DNA of 64,000 bases from Antedon mediterranea (Eukaryota; Animalia; Echinodermata), in NCBI RefSeq assembly GCF_964355755.1, contig NC_092676.1, forward strand, positions 17,812,871-17,876,870, written 5' to 3'. Below the pieces are notes generated by a model, which ran no database searches, was not told where the DNA came from, and was given only the letters and a program-made list of their open reading frames with translations. Each line of letters opens with the position of its first letter. Positions within the stretch are counted from its first letter, which is position 1. A program made the position numbers and the translations under genes. Shown here piece after piece: positions 11,971 through 24,812 of the stretch.

Positions 11971-13772
11971 ATATAATAAATTAATGTTTTAAAAAAATAT
12001 TTATTTTTGTTGTCTCTTTTGCCTTTTATTGAACCATTTAATTGTTGATATTTTAAATTTATTTTTTCTTTTAATTTTTTAAACCTTTTTTTTTGTTTTC
12101 TGCAATGATATTACAAATTAATTATGTAGTGATGATATTATAAAGTAAAAAATTAATTAACAGAGAAATAAATGTGTTCTAATCTGTTATAAAAAAAATA
12201 TTGGCCTGTATCTATGTTTTTAAAACTTTTATTATTTTGAAATTTGTGTTGTAAATATTCATACAGCATGACTGTAACATATTGAAATTTAATGAAGCAA
12301 TTAACATTGTTATATCACACTTTGGAGGAAATATTTCCTCCATGATCACACTGTTGTCAAATTTAACTGATGGATTTCTTTCCTATGGCACTGTAAAATT
12401 TAGAATGAACATACGGTAATTTGAATTATTTCATCTGGATGCATATTTTACCATGCTGATAGGCCTCATCCACTAGATACAGCGAGATATAATTTTGTAA
12501 CTTCCTTGATTATTGTAACTCAGTAGGCCTATAGTACTGTATCTATTTATAGACCACAGTGATCACTTTAAAAGACTGAGTACAGTACTATTTGAGCAGC
12601 TGAAAAGGTTTTTTTCTTACAATGTGGCTGGTTTATGAAGTGTTTACACTAGACTAGCAGGCACAAGCGATAACAAAAGGAAAACTGCATAATTTACTAC
12701 AAATGATTGATATACTAAGATCCAAAGAAAATTAATGTGTTTTGCCTTTAAGTTTTTCAAATTTACAAAATAGACAATTCAACATATTACTGTATTATTG
12801 CCTGAATTTTACGTGAACAATTTGAGGCTGGAAAACCTGTTGAATCAAGAAAGGAAAAATTAATTACAAGGACATTTGAGTCTTAATTCTATGAAATTCC
12901 TCTTGAGAAAGAATTTTAAAATAAAAATTAATTGTTCAGTGTAAAAGTGTAAGTAAATGTAGGCTACTATCAAAATAAACAAAAATAAATAAGTTTTAGT
13001 TTTTATGTGATTAAGCTTTTAGAATTTACAGTTTTAACACAAATGTAATTTTGAATCATGATCCATTCATTTTACTGCCCATGGCCACCATACCTCTACT
13101 AATGTTAGTAACTAACAGTACAAAATGATCTTTATTACAACATTTATTTCAACAAAGTGAAACAAAATATAATTTGATTGAGAGATTGGTAAAATTATAA
13201 AGTTGTCTCCAATACTGTAGCATTTTGGTTTGTTGATTAAAACAATTTATGGTCTGTACCCTTGATCTACACCCAAACAATACATACAGTTACATTTGAT
13301 TGTTTTTTAAACATTTAATCCCCAAATTTAGTTTGTTTATATTGTTCCAGGCTTTTTCTTCAGGGTCGTTTTAGTAGGATTAGTGGGGTTTTAGTGTAGA
13401 TTTCTTTACGTTTGTTTATTGTTCACAATTTTTTATTTGTTCTTCCTCAAGTATTGTTCAGTCTTTCGTTTGCTACGCGGCCATTATTACGCTATACAAA
13501 GCCTGTGTGTGAGTCATGTGGCTGCAGTTTTTCTCAATTTAATTTTTTCAAAATTGTTTACAATGAAACTCTCTGGTGACTTAATAGTATTTTGGTAAGG
13601 TTTTACTGTTATGTTTTGTCTTTATTAAATTTTCATTGTGTAATTAGTAAAAAGTTCTGTTTGAAGGACTTAAATGAATATCAAATCATCATGTTCTTAA
13701 TGACTCTGTGTCTCTGGGCCTAAAGTTTATTGAAAATTCTCAATTTTGCTTATGAATATGATTTTATTATTT

Positions 13773-14075
13773 CAAATTGGGGAAAACCCGGTATTTTCGC
13801 TGAAAAGTTAAGAGTCTTCCATTTGTTTTGGCCTCACGATCGATCGAAAAGTGGGCGAATTACAGGTGAAAAACAAAAATATCAATCCGCGCGCAATGCA
13901 TTTTGGGATTTATAGCGGGCCGCTATAATTATTAGAATCGACTTATTTTTCACATTTTTAACCGTTTAAAGACGAAAAAAGTTATCGCAATAGTACCATA
14001 TAGTATTATTTTTACATTAAATATAGTTTGTGATCTTAAATTACTGTAGATCTAAAAAACGTAGGGAAGGGGGCT
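13773..14075. mobile_element. Partial (right-half) copy of a Kolobok-like TTAA MITE
   Basis: Near-identical to 14583-14879; ends gggaagggggct|ttaa. Confidence 0.75.
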
Positions 14076-14255
14076 TTAAGTGTAGGCAAGATCTACTTTT
14101 GCTACTACTTATCATTTTGATGTTTCTGTTTTAAAACAAATGTACCTTGCTGAATGAATTAAGCTACATTCTTGTTGTTAGATAATGAAAAACCTTATCA
14201 AGAATTGAATGGCGCTATCTTGTGAAACAGAAAAAAGTGTGAATGTTTAGCTTAA

Positions 14256-14879
14256 AGACCCCTTCCCTGCAATTTTGGACGTTTTTTGGAAAATAATACA
14301 TATATATCACTTTAAAAACATTAAACCATGTCATTCCTTGTCTTAAATGTATGTTTTATGGTAAATTATGATAAAAAGTGAGAAACAATGCACTACCTAA
14401 GTAGCTCGCGGCGATCGACCTCTCGTGGACGGTCTCAGGCCTAGCCTAGCTAGGCTTAGTTTTGTAGGCCTAGCTGGTAAACATCGGTAACGTACGAACA
14501 TCGTACGCTAGCTATATACCTAGCCTGACGTTGTATAGTTGCTGCATTAATTGTCTTTCTATTTTTGCCAGACCGTTGATACAAATTGGGGAAAACCCGG
14601 TATTTTCGCTGAAAAGTTAGGAGTCTTCCATTTGTTTTGGCTTCACGATCGATCGAAAAGTGGGCGAATTACAGGTGAAAAACAAAAATATCAATCCGCG
14701 CGCAATGCATTTTGGGATTTATAGCGGGCCGCTATAATTATTAAAATCGATTTATTTTTCACATTTTTAACCGTTTAAAGACGAAAAAAGTTATCGCAAT
14801 AGGACCATATAGTATTATTTTTACATTAAATATAGTTTGTGATCTTAAATTAGATCTAAAAAACGTAGGGAATGGGGCT
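14256..14879. mobile_element. Kolobok-like non-autonomous DNA transposon
   Basis: TTAA|agaccccttccct ... agggaatggggct|TTAA: TTAA target duplication with AG..CT termini. Other copies at 13773-14075 and ~24300-24810. Confidence 0.75.
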
Positions 14880-16609
14880 TTAAGCAAATTAAAATCTTTT
14901 GGCAACTTGATGGAATGGTGGTCTGCTGCCCTCTTTAAATTAATTAATGTGTGTAAAGTTATCTAATTTTTTAGTAGGCCCTATTGACAATATTGATTAG
15001 TAATTTATTCAGAGGATTTGTGAGGAGTGTGATGGGATGATTGGATATTTTGGTTGTATGTATACTGTGTATGGTTTCTCCATATGTGGTGAATAGTTGG
15101 GATGGGATGGTTATTTTTGTATTTACTAAAAATAAAAAGTTGTCATTGTAAACATACTGTACTGTATGTTTCCATTTTTGAAAACAACATAAAAAATAGA
15201 ACAATTCAATTAAAAAATGAATTGAATACTACTGTAAATGTTCCTGATAATCTTCTTTAAAAAATAAATATTTTGCATAGTAAAATTTCATAACACATTT
15301 TCAAGATTTGTTAGTCTCACTATCTCAGATTTAAAATTCAGACACAAGATAATAATTAATAATAATAATTTATTGGAAACTTCACTTTTACAACAGTGGC
15401 ACACTTTGATGATAAAGGTGTGTCTAAGTAAAAACATACAAGAATAATAAATAAAATTATTGACTAAGAAATGAATCGAAATAAACTCTTACAAAAAAAA
15501 AAAAAAAATTTAATATATAAATAAATAAATAAAACAAACTTAAAAAGAATCGCAAATAAAAATGTTTAGATACACACAAAATAAATAATAAGATTAATTT
15601 CATGGTATGAATCAAAATAAAGAGTATAACGGTGTACGTAATACTAAACACTAAAGCATAATAAAAAAAAATGTAAAAAAGACAAAAATACTTGAAAACG
15701 TATCAACATTAACTAAACAGAAATCAAAATGACACTCAAAAGTTGAAAAGCAATTATTCACAACACAACAGCATTGACATTATTAATATTAGTTTAAAAG
15801 AGAACAATGTTTCTTCCATAAAGATTTAGCCAATGATTTACAGAATGTGTCGATTAGAGACTCAATAATAACTTAAGATAAGCAGCAGCAAACATGCATT
15901 AATATGTAATCCAGGGTTCTACACATGGGTCATAGGTTGCCAAGCAACAATTAAGTACACAAAGAAAGTGACAAATCAACTTGAGTATGGGGTTTCCCTC
16001 AATTTAGCTTAAGCTTGAACTTTGTACCTGAGTTGTTTGTGATGGTGCATTCCAAAATTCTACAACTAAAACAGTTCATTGCTTCTGGTATGTTTACTAC
16101 TGCTGTACTACCATATTGGGTGGATATCTACTATAACATTTTCAGCACATTGGATTTGTAAACTTTGTTTGTTTGAACAGCTTTTATGTGTGCTTTTCAA
16201 ATTGGGTAAATAATTGTTTCTATATCTACTGTAAACTTGTCAGATACAAGGAAGGTAAACCTACATACTGTATTTATACTACTAATTATGTTTAGCCAAG
16301 TATTGTAGTAGTCAGGTATTTATTTTTTATTCTTTTAAATATATTTTTCTATGCCTAACGTAACTTCTATATTGGGTGGATATACTGTAGCATAAAAAAC
16401 TACAACACTGAGATTTTGGGGTAGTAACAAAGTGCGAGGCAGCGAGGCACGCGAGGCAGGGAAGGCATGCGAGGCAAGTCAGAAATTTATGCGAGGCATC
16501 GTTTTACCATCATCAAAAAATGCGAGGCATCATTTTATCATTTTTCAAAATTGCAAGGCAGGAAATCACCGAAATTGAAGTAGCCTGCCTAGGCCTAGGC
16601 CCGCTAGGC

Positions 16610-17436
16610 TAGTTTCCTTTTCCACCTGCCTTGTATTTTAACCAACTTTATCCTGAATATCACAGCTTAGAATTAGTAGGCCTACTTTAATGAAGAAAAA
16701 TCACATAAAAGTAACAATAAATCCATTAAATTGGTGATTTTACAGACGTTGTTTTTCTCGCATTTCGCACATTCAATGTTCAATATTTTGGTTTCTATGG
16801 AACGCCAAAAGAGCAAAATTAATTAGAGGGCTAAAAACTCTGTGGAATCCATTTATATTTAACGCATTATTTGGTGAAAATCAAGTACAATTTCAATAGA
16901 TTTTGTCACTGTCAGTAAGGAAAAATGTTACTGTTGATAATGTACACGGTTTCGTTAACCTTTTAAAGAATAAAATAGAAAAATTCATCATAATATCCTT
17001 AGTAGGATGTCCTAGGTGGTCTAGAATGGGGAGTGATGTTGATTTAGGATCGATTATTATTCTTTGAAAACAGAACAGTATCAGCAGTAACATATTACAG
17101 CATTTTTATTGACAAATTAACAAATATATTGAAATAAAACGTGTTTTTCACCAATAAATGCACGAGAAATTGACGCATTCCACTGAGTTTTAGTCCTCTA
17201 TTATCGTTGCTCTTTTGGCGCTCCATAGAAACAAAAATATTGAACATTGAATAAGTGAAATTCGCGAACAGTGTGCGAGAAACACGCCTGTAAAATCATT
17301 AATTTAAGGATTTATTTGTTACTTTTTATGTGATTCTTTCATTAAAGTACTCATGAGGTATACTTCTAAGGTGTGGTATTCACACGATAAAGTTAGTTAT
17401 CAAATTTGGAGTAAAAATACAAGCGAAGGAAACTAG
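16610..17436. mobile_element. Foldback MITE with ~290-bp inverted arms
   Basis: 16610-16900 is the imperfect reverse complement of 17135-17436 (e.g. cattcaatgttcaatattttggtttctatgg vs ccatagaaacaaaaatattgaacattgaat; ends ctagtttcctt / aaggaaactag). Confidence 0.7.
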
Positions 17437-17793
17437 CGCCAGGTTTATTAGTACGTACATGGACAACAATAAATAAAAATCGTTCGTAATATACCTAGCT
17501 TACTAAAACAGGAATAGTGTATCATTATTAAATATTACACCGACTATTATTATATCAAAATTGATTAAATTATTTTCTACATAGGCCTCTTATCTAGGTT
17601 AGGGCTAAGCATATTAGCTAAAGTTTAATTTTAGGCCTAGTATTACAATTGTCGGACGTAAGTCTTTTTTCACACGCGCTCCAGAATTCTGTCGCAATTT
17701 TTTTCTTTGCGGCATGTTATTGGATCGCCATATCAGTTACCTTTTATTCACCGCCAGTTATTGAACTTGTCCTGGCAATCGCTGTTCACCTTA

Positions 17794-20489
17794 AGGCTGG
17801 TTTCCTGTCGACGTAAGAACATCACTTTTGTTGCGACTACGTCGATTTGTCGTAAGAAATGCGGATTTTACAGGAAACCGATTACGATCGAAAATTTATA
17901 AAATCGACGTAACGTAAGAAAAATGGTAACGACAAACGATTTTACAGGAAACCGATGACCTAACAATTGTTGCGTTACGACGTTTTCTTCAGATTTTACA
18001 GGAAACCGGGATTTTTTATCTTACGCTTGAATGAACGCCCTTGCGTCACGTTTCTTACGTCTCTTACGAAAGTTGACTTGAAGTCAACTTTCGCAAGAGA
18101 CGTAAGCGCAATCGTAACAAGCAACCAATGAGCGACAAGAGTTATGACGTAATGTGTATGACCTTACAGTGAAATATAGCCGGACAATAACATTTGTATG
18201 TATTTATCGTATTACTACAATTTTAGCCCACTTTACGATGTTGTACAATGTACATACTTTACAAATGCACAGTAGTTTCAATATAATATTGTTCTAATCA
18301 GGGAGTTTACAACTCATATCAAAATATAATACTCTTATTTATGGACGTGCAATAAACAATCCGCATTGAAACCGACATTCTTCTGTTCTATTTGTCAGTA
18401 GAAACGTCGCGATAATGAACATTTGCAATAAGATAAGATATATAGAAAGCCCTTGTAAGCAATATAATATTATTATGTAACTTTAAAAAAAAATGTTTGC
18501 TTGATTTTGTATAATTTATATTGTTTTGTCAAATTTATTCTTATTATAGGTAAATAATGGGTATCTAATAATAATAATAGGAATCCCGAAATGATTTGCC
18601 GTTTTTTAATTTTGAAAACTATTTAAGGCTAGGCCTACTAAGGCCAGAATAATTAATTCATATTTTGGTTCATACAATAGTGCATAGGCCTAGCCTATTA
18701 GCCTGGCTCCTAGGCTAGTTTGATTATATTTTGGTCAAATCCATTCCTATTAGTACAGTATTAATTAAGTATTACTAGATGGTACGCTCGCTTCGCTCGC
18801 GTACCATCTAGGTCGTGCCCACAGATGGTTCTCGAATATAGGCCTACAGTAATTTCAGCGTAACAAAACTGGCGATTTCAAATGTACGTACCGTAGGACT
18901 ATAATACATTGTCGTTTACAGAAACGAATAAATAGACACGATGATTTATGTAGTCAACTAAAATTAGCACCCTGGGAATTACTTCCGAAGGAGAAACTTT
19001 TCACAAAATGAGTCCAAATCAAAAATTTGGACTCATTTAAAGAAACCCAATTTGTGTTTTGTATGTAACATTAGGGTTGAGGGATGGGAAAGCGGATAGG
19101 TACAAAGAGGAACAATTTTTAAATATATTCTTTATCCACTCAGTAACGAAATATTTTGTTCATGTTTTATAAGCATATACATAATATACCTCTAAATACA
19201 GTAAAACATTTGCGATTTAATACTTTGTTAAAACTGTCACTGTCATAATCGATTGAAATATTAAAGTACATGTCACGATACACCACTATGACGTTTATAT
19301 TTTTGGTAATTATTAATTAATACAAACGTTGAGAAGGAACTGTCAGTATAAAGTGTATTTGTATATAATAATGTGTTTATATATCTAACAGTTTATTATT
19401 ATCTAACAGGACGAACATTCACAGTAAGAAATTTTCGATTCAAATGAGTTCCAAAAATAGTTATTTACAGTATTGTCAAAGTATTGCAAGTTTATTCTCA
19501 AAGGGCCCATATATTTACCTACCGTATGTGTTAAGCCAAGGGCTCATAAATTTACCTACAGTACTTGTGTTAAACCAAACTCTGGCAGACTGAGAGATTG
19601 GGATGTTCCATTCATCGCAAATCAATACATTTGTATAATCGTATATTAAATCTATCAAAATAGTATTTTTTAAAGAAAATCGGCCTGTCTTCAACATTAT
19701 GATGGTGTACTCTAGCTGTTCAACCGGTTTTCAGCTATTAAAAACAATTATCGTAGGAGGAGATAGGAAAATGCGAAGCCTCCTCGCATTTTTGTGGCGG
19801 GTATTTTTCAAGATGGACATCCATTAGACAGTGTATACCACGATCGGAAAACACCCCTATTTGGGGAAAATCGTTGAACCTAAATTTGTTTTAATCGTCA
19901 ATAACTAATTATCTAACTTAATTTAATTAGTAAACAGGGTTACATCAGGTGGTTAAAATCAGTACCGAAAGTACGAACCAACTTTATATACCATTGAGTG
20001 AAAATTCTAGAAGTAAGGCGCGATTTACCGAATTTTGCCCTTACGTAAATTTATATATAGATTACTAATACTAGGGCCTAGCCTATCTACTAAAAATAAT
20101 ATGTTGGTGTGCTGCACTGACACTGAGTAGCTACAGGTACAATAACAACATTCAACATTTCGCGCGAAAAATGATAAAACCCGCTCTAAAAAGAAACACC
20201 AATCATAGATGTTGTTTCAAATACGTCATAAATCTGACCGACGAAAGAAAAAAATTTCAACTTTCGTAACAACACTAAAATCGACGTAAGCATACGACGT
20301 GTGTTTCACAGCCAAAATTTCAACTTTCGGGAGCAGCATAACTACAGATGTTTCTCTGCGGCCTGACACGATCTTGACTAACGTCAACGACGTCAATTTT
20401 TTCTCAACTTTCGTAAGAGACGTAAGAAACGTATGAAACGCAAGAGTCGTTGCAAAATTCGACTTCTTACGTCGACAGGAAACCAGCCT
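17794..20489. mobile_element. PIF/Harbinger-type non-autonomous element
   Basis: TTA|aggctggtttcctgtcgacgtaagaa ... ttcttacgtcgacaggaaaccagcct|TTA: perfect 26-bp TIR and TTA TSD, with subterminal repeats and an internal palindrome at ~18055-18106. Confidence 0.85.
18775..20061 (-). mobile_element. Non-autonomous Helitron, copy 1
   Basis: The minus strand begins A|TCTATATATAAA and ends CTAG|T with terminal hairpin ctagatggtacgc..gcgtaccatctag. AT target, no TSD. A highly similar copy lies at 51901-53192. Confidence 0.85.
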
Positions 20490-21529
20490 TTATTTGCGAG
20501 AGAGGTACACGTACGTTGTTCCTAGAGAATGGAATGTCAAAAATGTCTTTGGCACGCCGCTCAGAGAGAAGTCTGTGCGTTGCTGCTGCTGAAACCACGT
20601 GCTATAGGAGGGGAATGCACCACAATCCTCTGAGCTGAGGGATGAATCATTCCGCTACCTGCTAAATAGTAAAGAGGGATTTTCCATCTCTCGGGTCTAC
20701 CGGATCTAGGCGCAGGGGTGTGACAAAAGATTATTTTCACTCTGCTATGTTCGAGAGACATGTGAGTGAACACGCTCGAAATGCCAACAAACATTGCAGT
20801 CATTTGATGAGTGTGTCGCTATAACAATTATTGTTTATCGAAAGTTGAAGACTGTCGTTCAGATTTTTGAACCGTAGTTTGGGCACTTTTGTAAAAGTAA
20901 AATTTGACAAGATATGACTTGAATGAAAAAACAATCGTTACATAAAAATAAACAACATGATGAGTGTATACACGAATCTATTTAGATACGCTTGTATCGA
21001 TTGATTATTAGGCCTATAATATAGCATAATAGCACGTTAAGATATGCCTCGCACCTTTTTGAAATTGTAAACTATATGCCACGCATGCCTCGCACTTTTG
21101 GAAATGATAAAATGATGCCTCGCACAAATATTTGGCATGCCGCGCTTGCCTCGCGTGCCTCGCTGCCTCGCACTTTGTCAACACTCAGATTTTGTAGCCT
21201 TTGTAGCTGTCTGCTTAATCAAACAAGGTAGGCCTACCTTGTTTCCTTTATACTAAATAAGCCAGTATTTCAGATACAATTATCAATCATGCTTTTTATA
21301 GTGGTAGATATTGTGGGTATAGCCTGTTGCAGTGTTGTAGGTACAGTAGAGGCCGGATTTGTAATATTCACAAGAAAAGAAGGACTATAGAATTTCAAAC
21401 CTGTTTTATTATGGGCTTGTTTTGAATGACTAGTTTTGAAAAGCATTTGGTATTTTGATTTGAACTGAAAGAAACTGGATGAAAATACTCGGTTCCAGAA
21501 TATAGAGCATTCTTGAGTATGACTATAAT

Positions 21530-22770
21530 AATGGATGATCTATTATTCTTCTAGATTTATCCGCAGCCTTTGACACGGTAGATCACCATATACTTGTAAA
21601 CAGACTTAAAGATAACTATGGGGTAATAGGAAATGCTAGTAACTGGATTAAAACATACGTCGAAGACAGATATCATATTGTAAAGTCACTTTAAATGGAT
21701 CTGAATCAAGTATATTTCATCTTAGCTCTGGTGTCCCACAAGGGTCCACAATTAGTCCCCCACTTTTTACCACTTACATTAAACCTATTGCTGACATTAT
21801 TAAGTCTCATGGGATACTTTTTCATCTATACACAGATGACACTCAATTGTATACCAGCTTTAACCCTAAAGTGCCAGGGGATCTCGAAGTTGCCATTTAT
21901 AGAATTACTAAATGTATTAATGATCCTAGTATTTGGATGTACAAAAATCCACTTAATGAATCAAAAACAGAGTTATTAGTTTTAACTCCACCAAAAGTCG
22001 ACATTAGTAATAGAAATATTCAACTGAATATTGGTGAAATTATTGTTAAACCCTCCAACACAGTTAGAAATCTTGGTGTGGTGTTTGATGTTTTTCTTCG
22101 TATGACACCCCACATTGATAATGTCTGCCGTACTGTACATTTTTTCTTAAGGGCATTGCGTAGAATAAGAAATTGTTTAGACAAAAAAACGTGTACCGAG
22201 GCTTTGAGGTCACTAATTCTATCCAGGTTAGATTATTGTAACTCACTATTTGTTGGAATGTCCAAACATAACGTTTCGAGATTACAAAAGCTTCAGAACC
22301 GGGCTGCCAGGTTAATTTACCAAGTACCTATGTTTGTTAGTTCTAGACCTCTGCTTTATGAATTGCATTGGCTACCTGTTGAAAGTAGAATCACTTTTAA
22401 AGTGTTACTTTATGTCTACAATTGTATAAATAATAATGCGCCCTGTTATCTGAGCAATCTCTTACGGGTGTATAGATGTGCTAAGAGAGGCCTGATAGGT
22501 CCGAGATAGATCACACTAGATTGGATCACTGTCTCGAAAAGCGGACCTCTGGAAATAATACTTTCTCAAAATTTGGACCGGTGATGTGGAACGAACTCCC
22601 GTCTGTGATCTGGGAACAAACCACGGTTTTAAAATTTAAAAAATCCCTCAAAACACATCTATTTCCTAAGAAGTGACTCATTGTTGGGTGTGCTGATGTA
22701 AAGCGCTTTGATCATTTTATACTAATTTGGAAAAGCGCTATATAAATAAAATAATAATAATAATAATTAT
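21530..22770 (+). mobile_element. 5'-truncated, frameshifted L2-clade LINE (RT and C-terminus)
   Basis: LLDLSAAFDTVDH, GVPQGS, YTDDTQLY, VRNLGVVFD, SRLDYCNSL, LQNRAAR, LHWLPVESRITFK; L2-type 3' end aaagcgctatataaat(aat)n. Confidence 0.9.
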
Positions 22771-24297
22771 ATTTTTGCCCATTAATTAAAAATTCAACAA
22801 AAAAGAAATCAGTTTTTTGTTTTTGCTAATAATATCAACGGCAACCATCCAGAACAGCGACAACAACCACCCCCTGTACATTCTTTCCGACGGCACTCAA
22901 AAAAGCTGGTGACATCCCTGTAACTATTCAACAAAAATTATTATGTTCAGTTGTTGTTTAAATCACTGGATTGTGCAGTAACAATTTGATACTATTATAG
23001 GCACATGATGGAATGTTATATTAAAAAGTAGATTAGGCCTATTGTAAAAGATTGTGTACAAAACACATTTGGACATTTTAAATGGAACCAAAATTATACT
23101 GAATTATACAAACTGTGTATGTTTTGATAAATCCCACTTTGTCAATATTCAATGTAACAGAATGATTTCAATGGAAAAATTTAGTCTGTAGTTTAATTAG
23201 ATTTTTAATCAGATTTACATTGGCATTGAGAACATCTTTTTCTTTTGAAAACAATAAGCTTCATTGAATAGTCTACATATAATATTGTATCATTGAATTT
23301 TACAATAGATGCCTGGTATTGATAAAAATCGCACATAAATTGAAAATATCGGTAATTAAGGATTTCTAATTTACTATAAATTCACGTTTAACAATTGATT
23401 GTCATCGGATTTAGACATTTCTTTTTTAAAAACCAATTTGGATTAAATAAAGGCACTGATCTTATTAAATTTCATTCAATACTACAAACTAGATTTACAA
23501 TCATGATGGTCATTGGCTTTCAAAATGGGCAAGGATAGGTTTTTGAAATGATTCTTTGATTGTTACCAAAATATACTTGAAGTTATGAGACTTTCACCTT
23601 GTTTACCTGTTCAGGTGTATTTTTATTTTCATTGTTTTCACTCTTGTTTATTACAATGAGTTTTATTTCAAGGTGAATCCTCTTGTACTAAACTCAATAG
23701 CTGTAGTTACAGTCTTCTTCCATAATTTCATCAAGCTCAACCTCTATCATTTTACTCTATCTTTGCATGGAATTGTTTTTTACCTTTAATGGTTTGTTTA
23801 ATTTAGAATAGTTTTAATTTATGGTTTTGAGACTGCTTTGTTGGTCCATCTGTCTTTAGTAGAATATTTTTCTATTGCAAACCAAAGACTTCTCGGTAAG
23901 TACACTAACTATTCAGTTCTTCCTTCATTTTTTCATCAGGCTCAACCTCCCATCTTTATTGCATGGAAAGGTTTTCATAATTATTAATTTTAAATAATTG
24001 TTTTTAATCTATGAGCTAATTGGTTCATCTGTAAAGAATATAGAGGAATAATTCTAGAACTTAACTGTACTACCGACCTTTGGCTGTATTACAGTACTGT
24101 ACTGATTGAAATTCACTATATCAAACTATTAGTTTGGTAGTAGATTTTCATAGTGAAAGTAATAGTAAAACTAGCTTATTTTTGCTGTTGTAATTTTTAG
24201 TGTAGAAAAGGTACCATAGTTTCTACTTGATAGTTAGGTTGATAATTTTGCTAGTTTTACTGCAAAAAAACATCTTGGTTAAATCAAAATACTGTAG

Positions 24298-24812
24298 TTA
24301 AAGATAAATTGTTGACGTTTTGTAAAAATAATTCATATATTACTTTAAAAGCATTAAACCAGGTCATTCCTTAATTTTAAATGTACGTTTTACGGTAAAT
24401 TATGATAGAAACAATGGCTGCACTACTGTACCTAATTTAGCTCACAATGAACGTCCTCTCGTGGACGGTCTTTAGGCCTAGTATAGCTAGGCTCAGTTTT
24501 GTAGGCCTAGCTAGTAAATAGTACAGTAGTAACGTACGGACATCGTATGCTAGCTATTGGCCTGCTTGACTGCATTAATTTCCTTTCTGTTTTTGCCAAA
24601 ATCCGTTAATAAAAATTGGGGGAAAAAGTTACAATTCTTCCATTTGTTTTGGCCTTCACAATCGATCGAAAGTGGGTGAATCAAGAAAAAAAAAATATAT
24701 CAATCCGCGCGTAAAGCATATTGAGATTTATAGCGGGCCCTTTAAATTATAGAATCAACTTACTTTTCACATTGGTCCTATTTAGTTATCGCAATAGGAC
24801 CATATAGTATAT
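24298..24812. mobile_element. Degenerate copy of the Kolobok-like MITE
   Basis: Colinear similarity to 14256-14812 (cctctcgtggacggtc, gatcgaaagtggg, atttatagcgggcc, gttatcgcaataggaccatatagta). Confidence 0.7.

Larger units (their letters stand above)
16419..21186. mobile_element. MULE-like composite non-autonomous transposon holding three nested elements
   Basis: ~140-bp imperfect TIRs built of GCGAGGCA units (16419-16560 and 21045-21186) with G..C termini and an exact 8-bp flanking direct repeat AGATTTTG (16411-16418, 21187-21194). Superfamily inferred from termini only. Confidence 0.7.

Noticed and set aside
19515-19697. Near-identical 60-aa ORFs at 19515-19697 and 52646-52828 as a duplicated gene
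   Set aside because: Both lie inside two copies of one Helitron; no Rep/helicase motif or recognisable domain.
20530-20750. GC-richer block with faint resemblance to U3 or RNase MRP RNA
   Set aside because: Lacks the conserved boxes in the required order; bounded by imperfect inverted repeats inside a transposon nest, so more likely another TE fragment.
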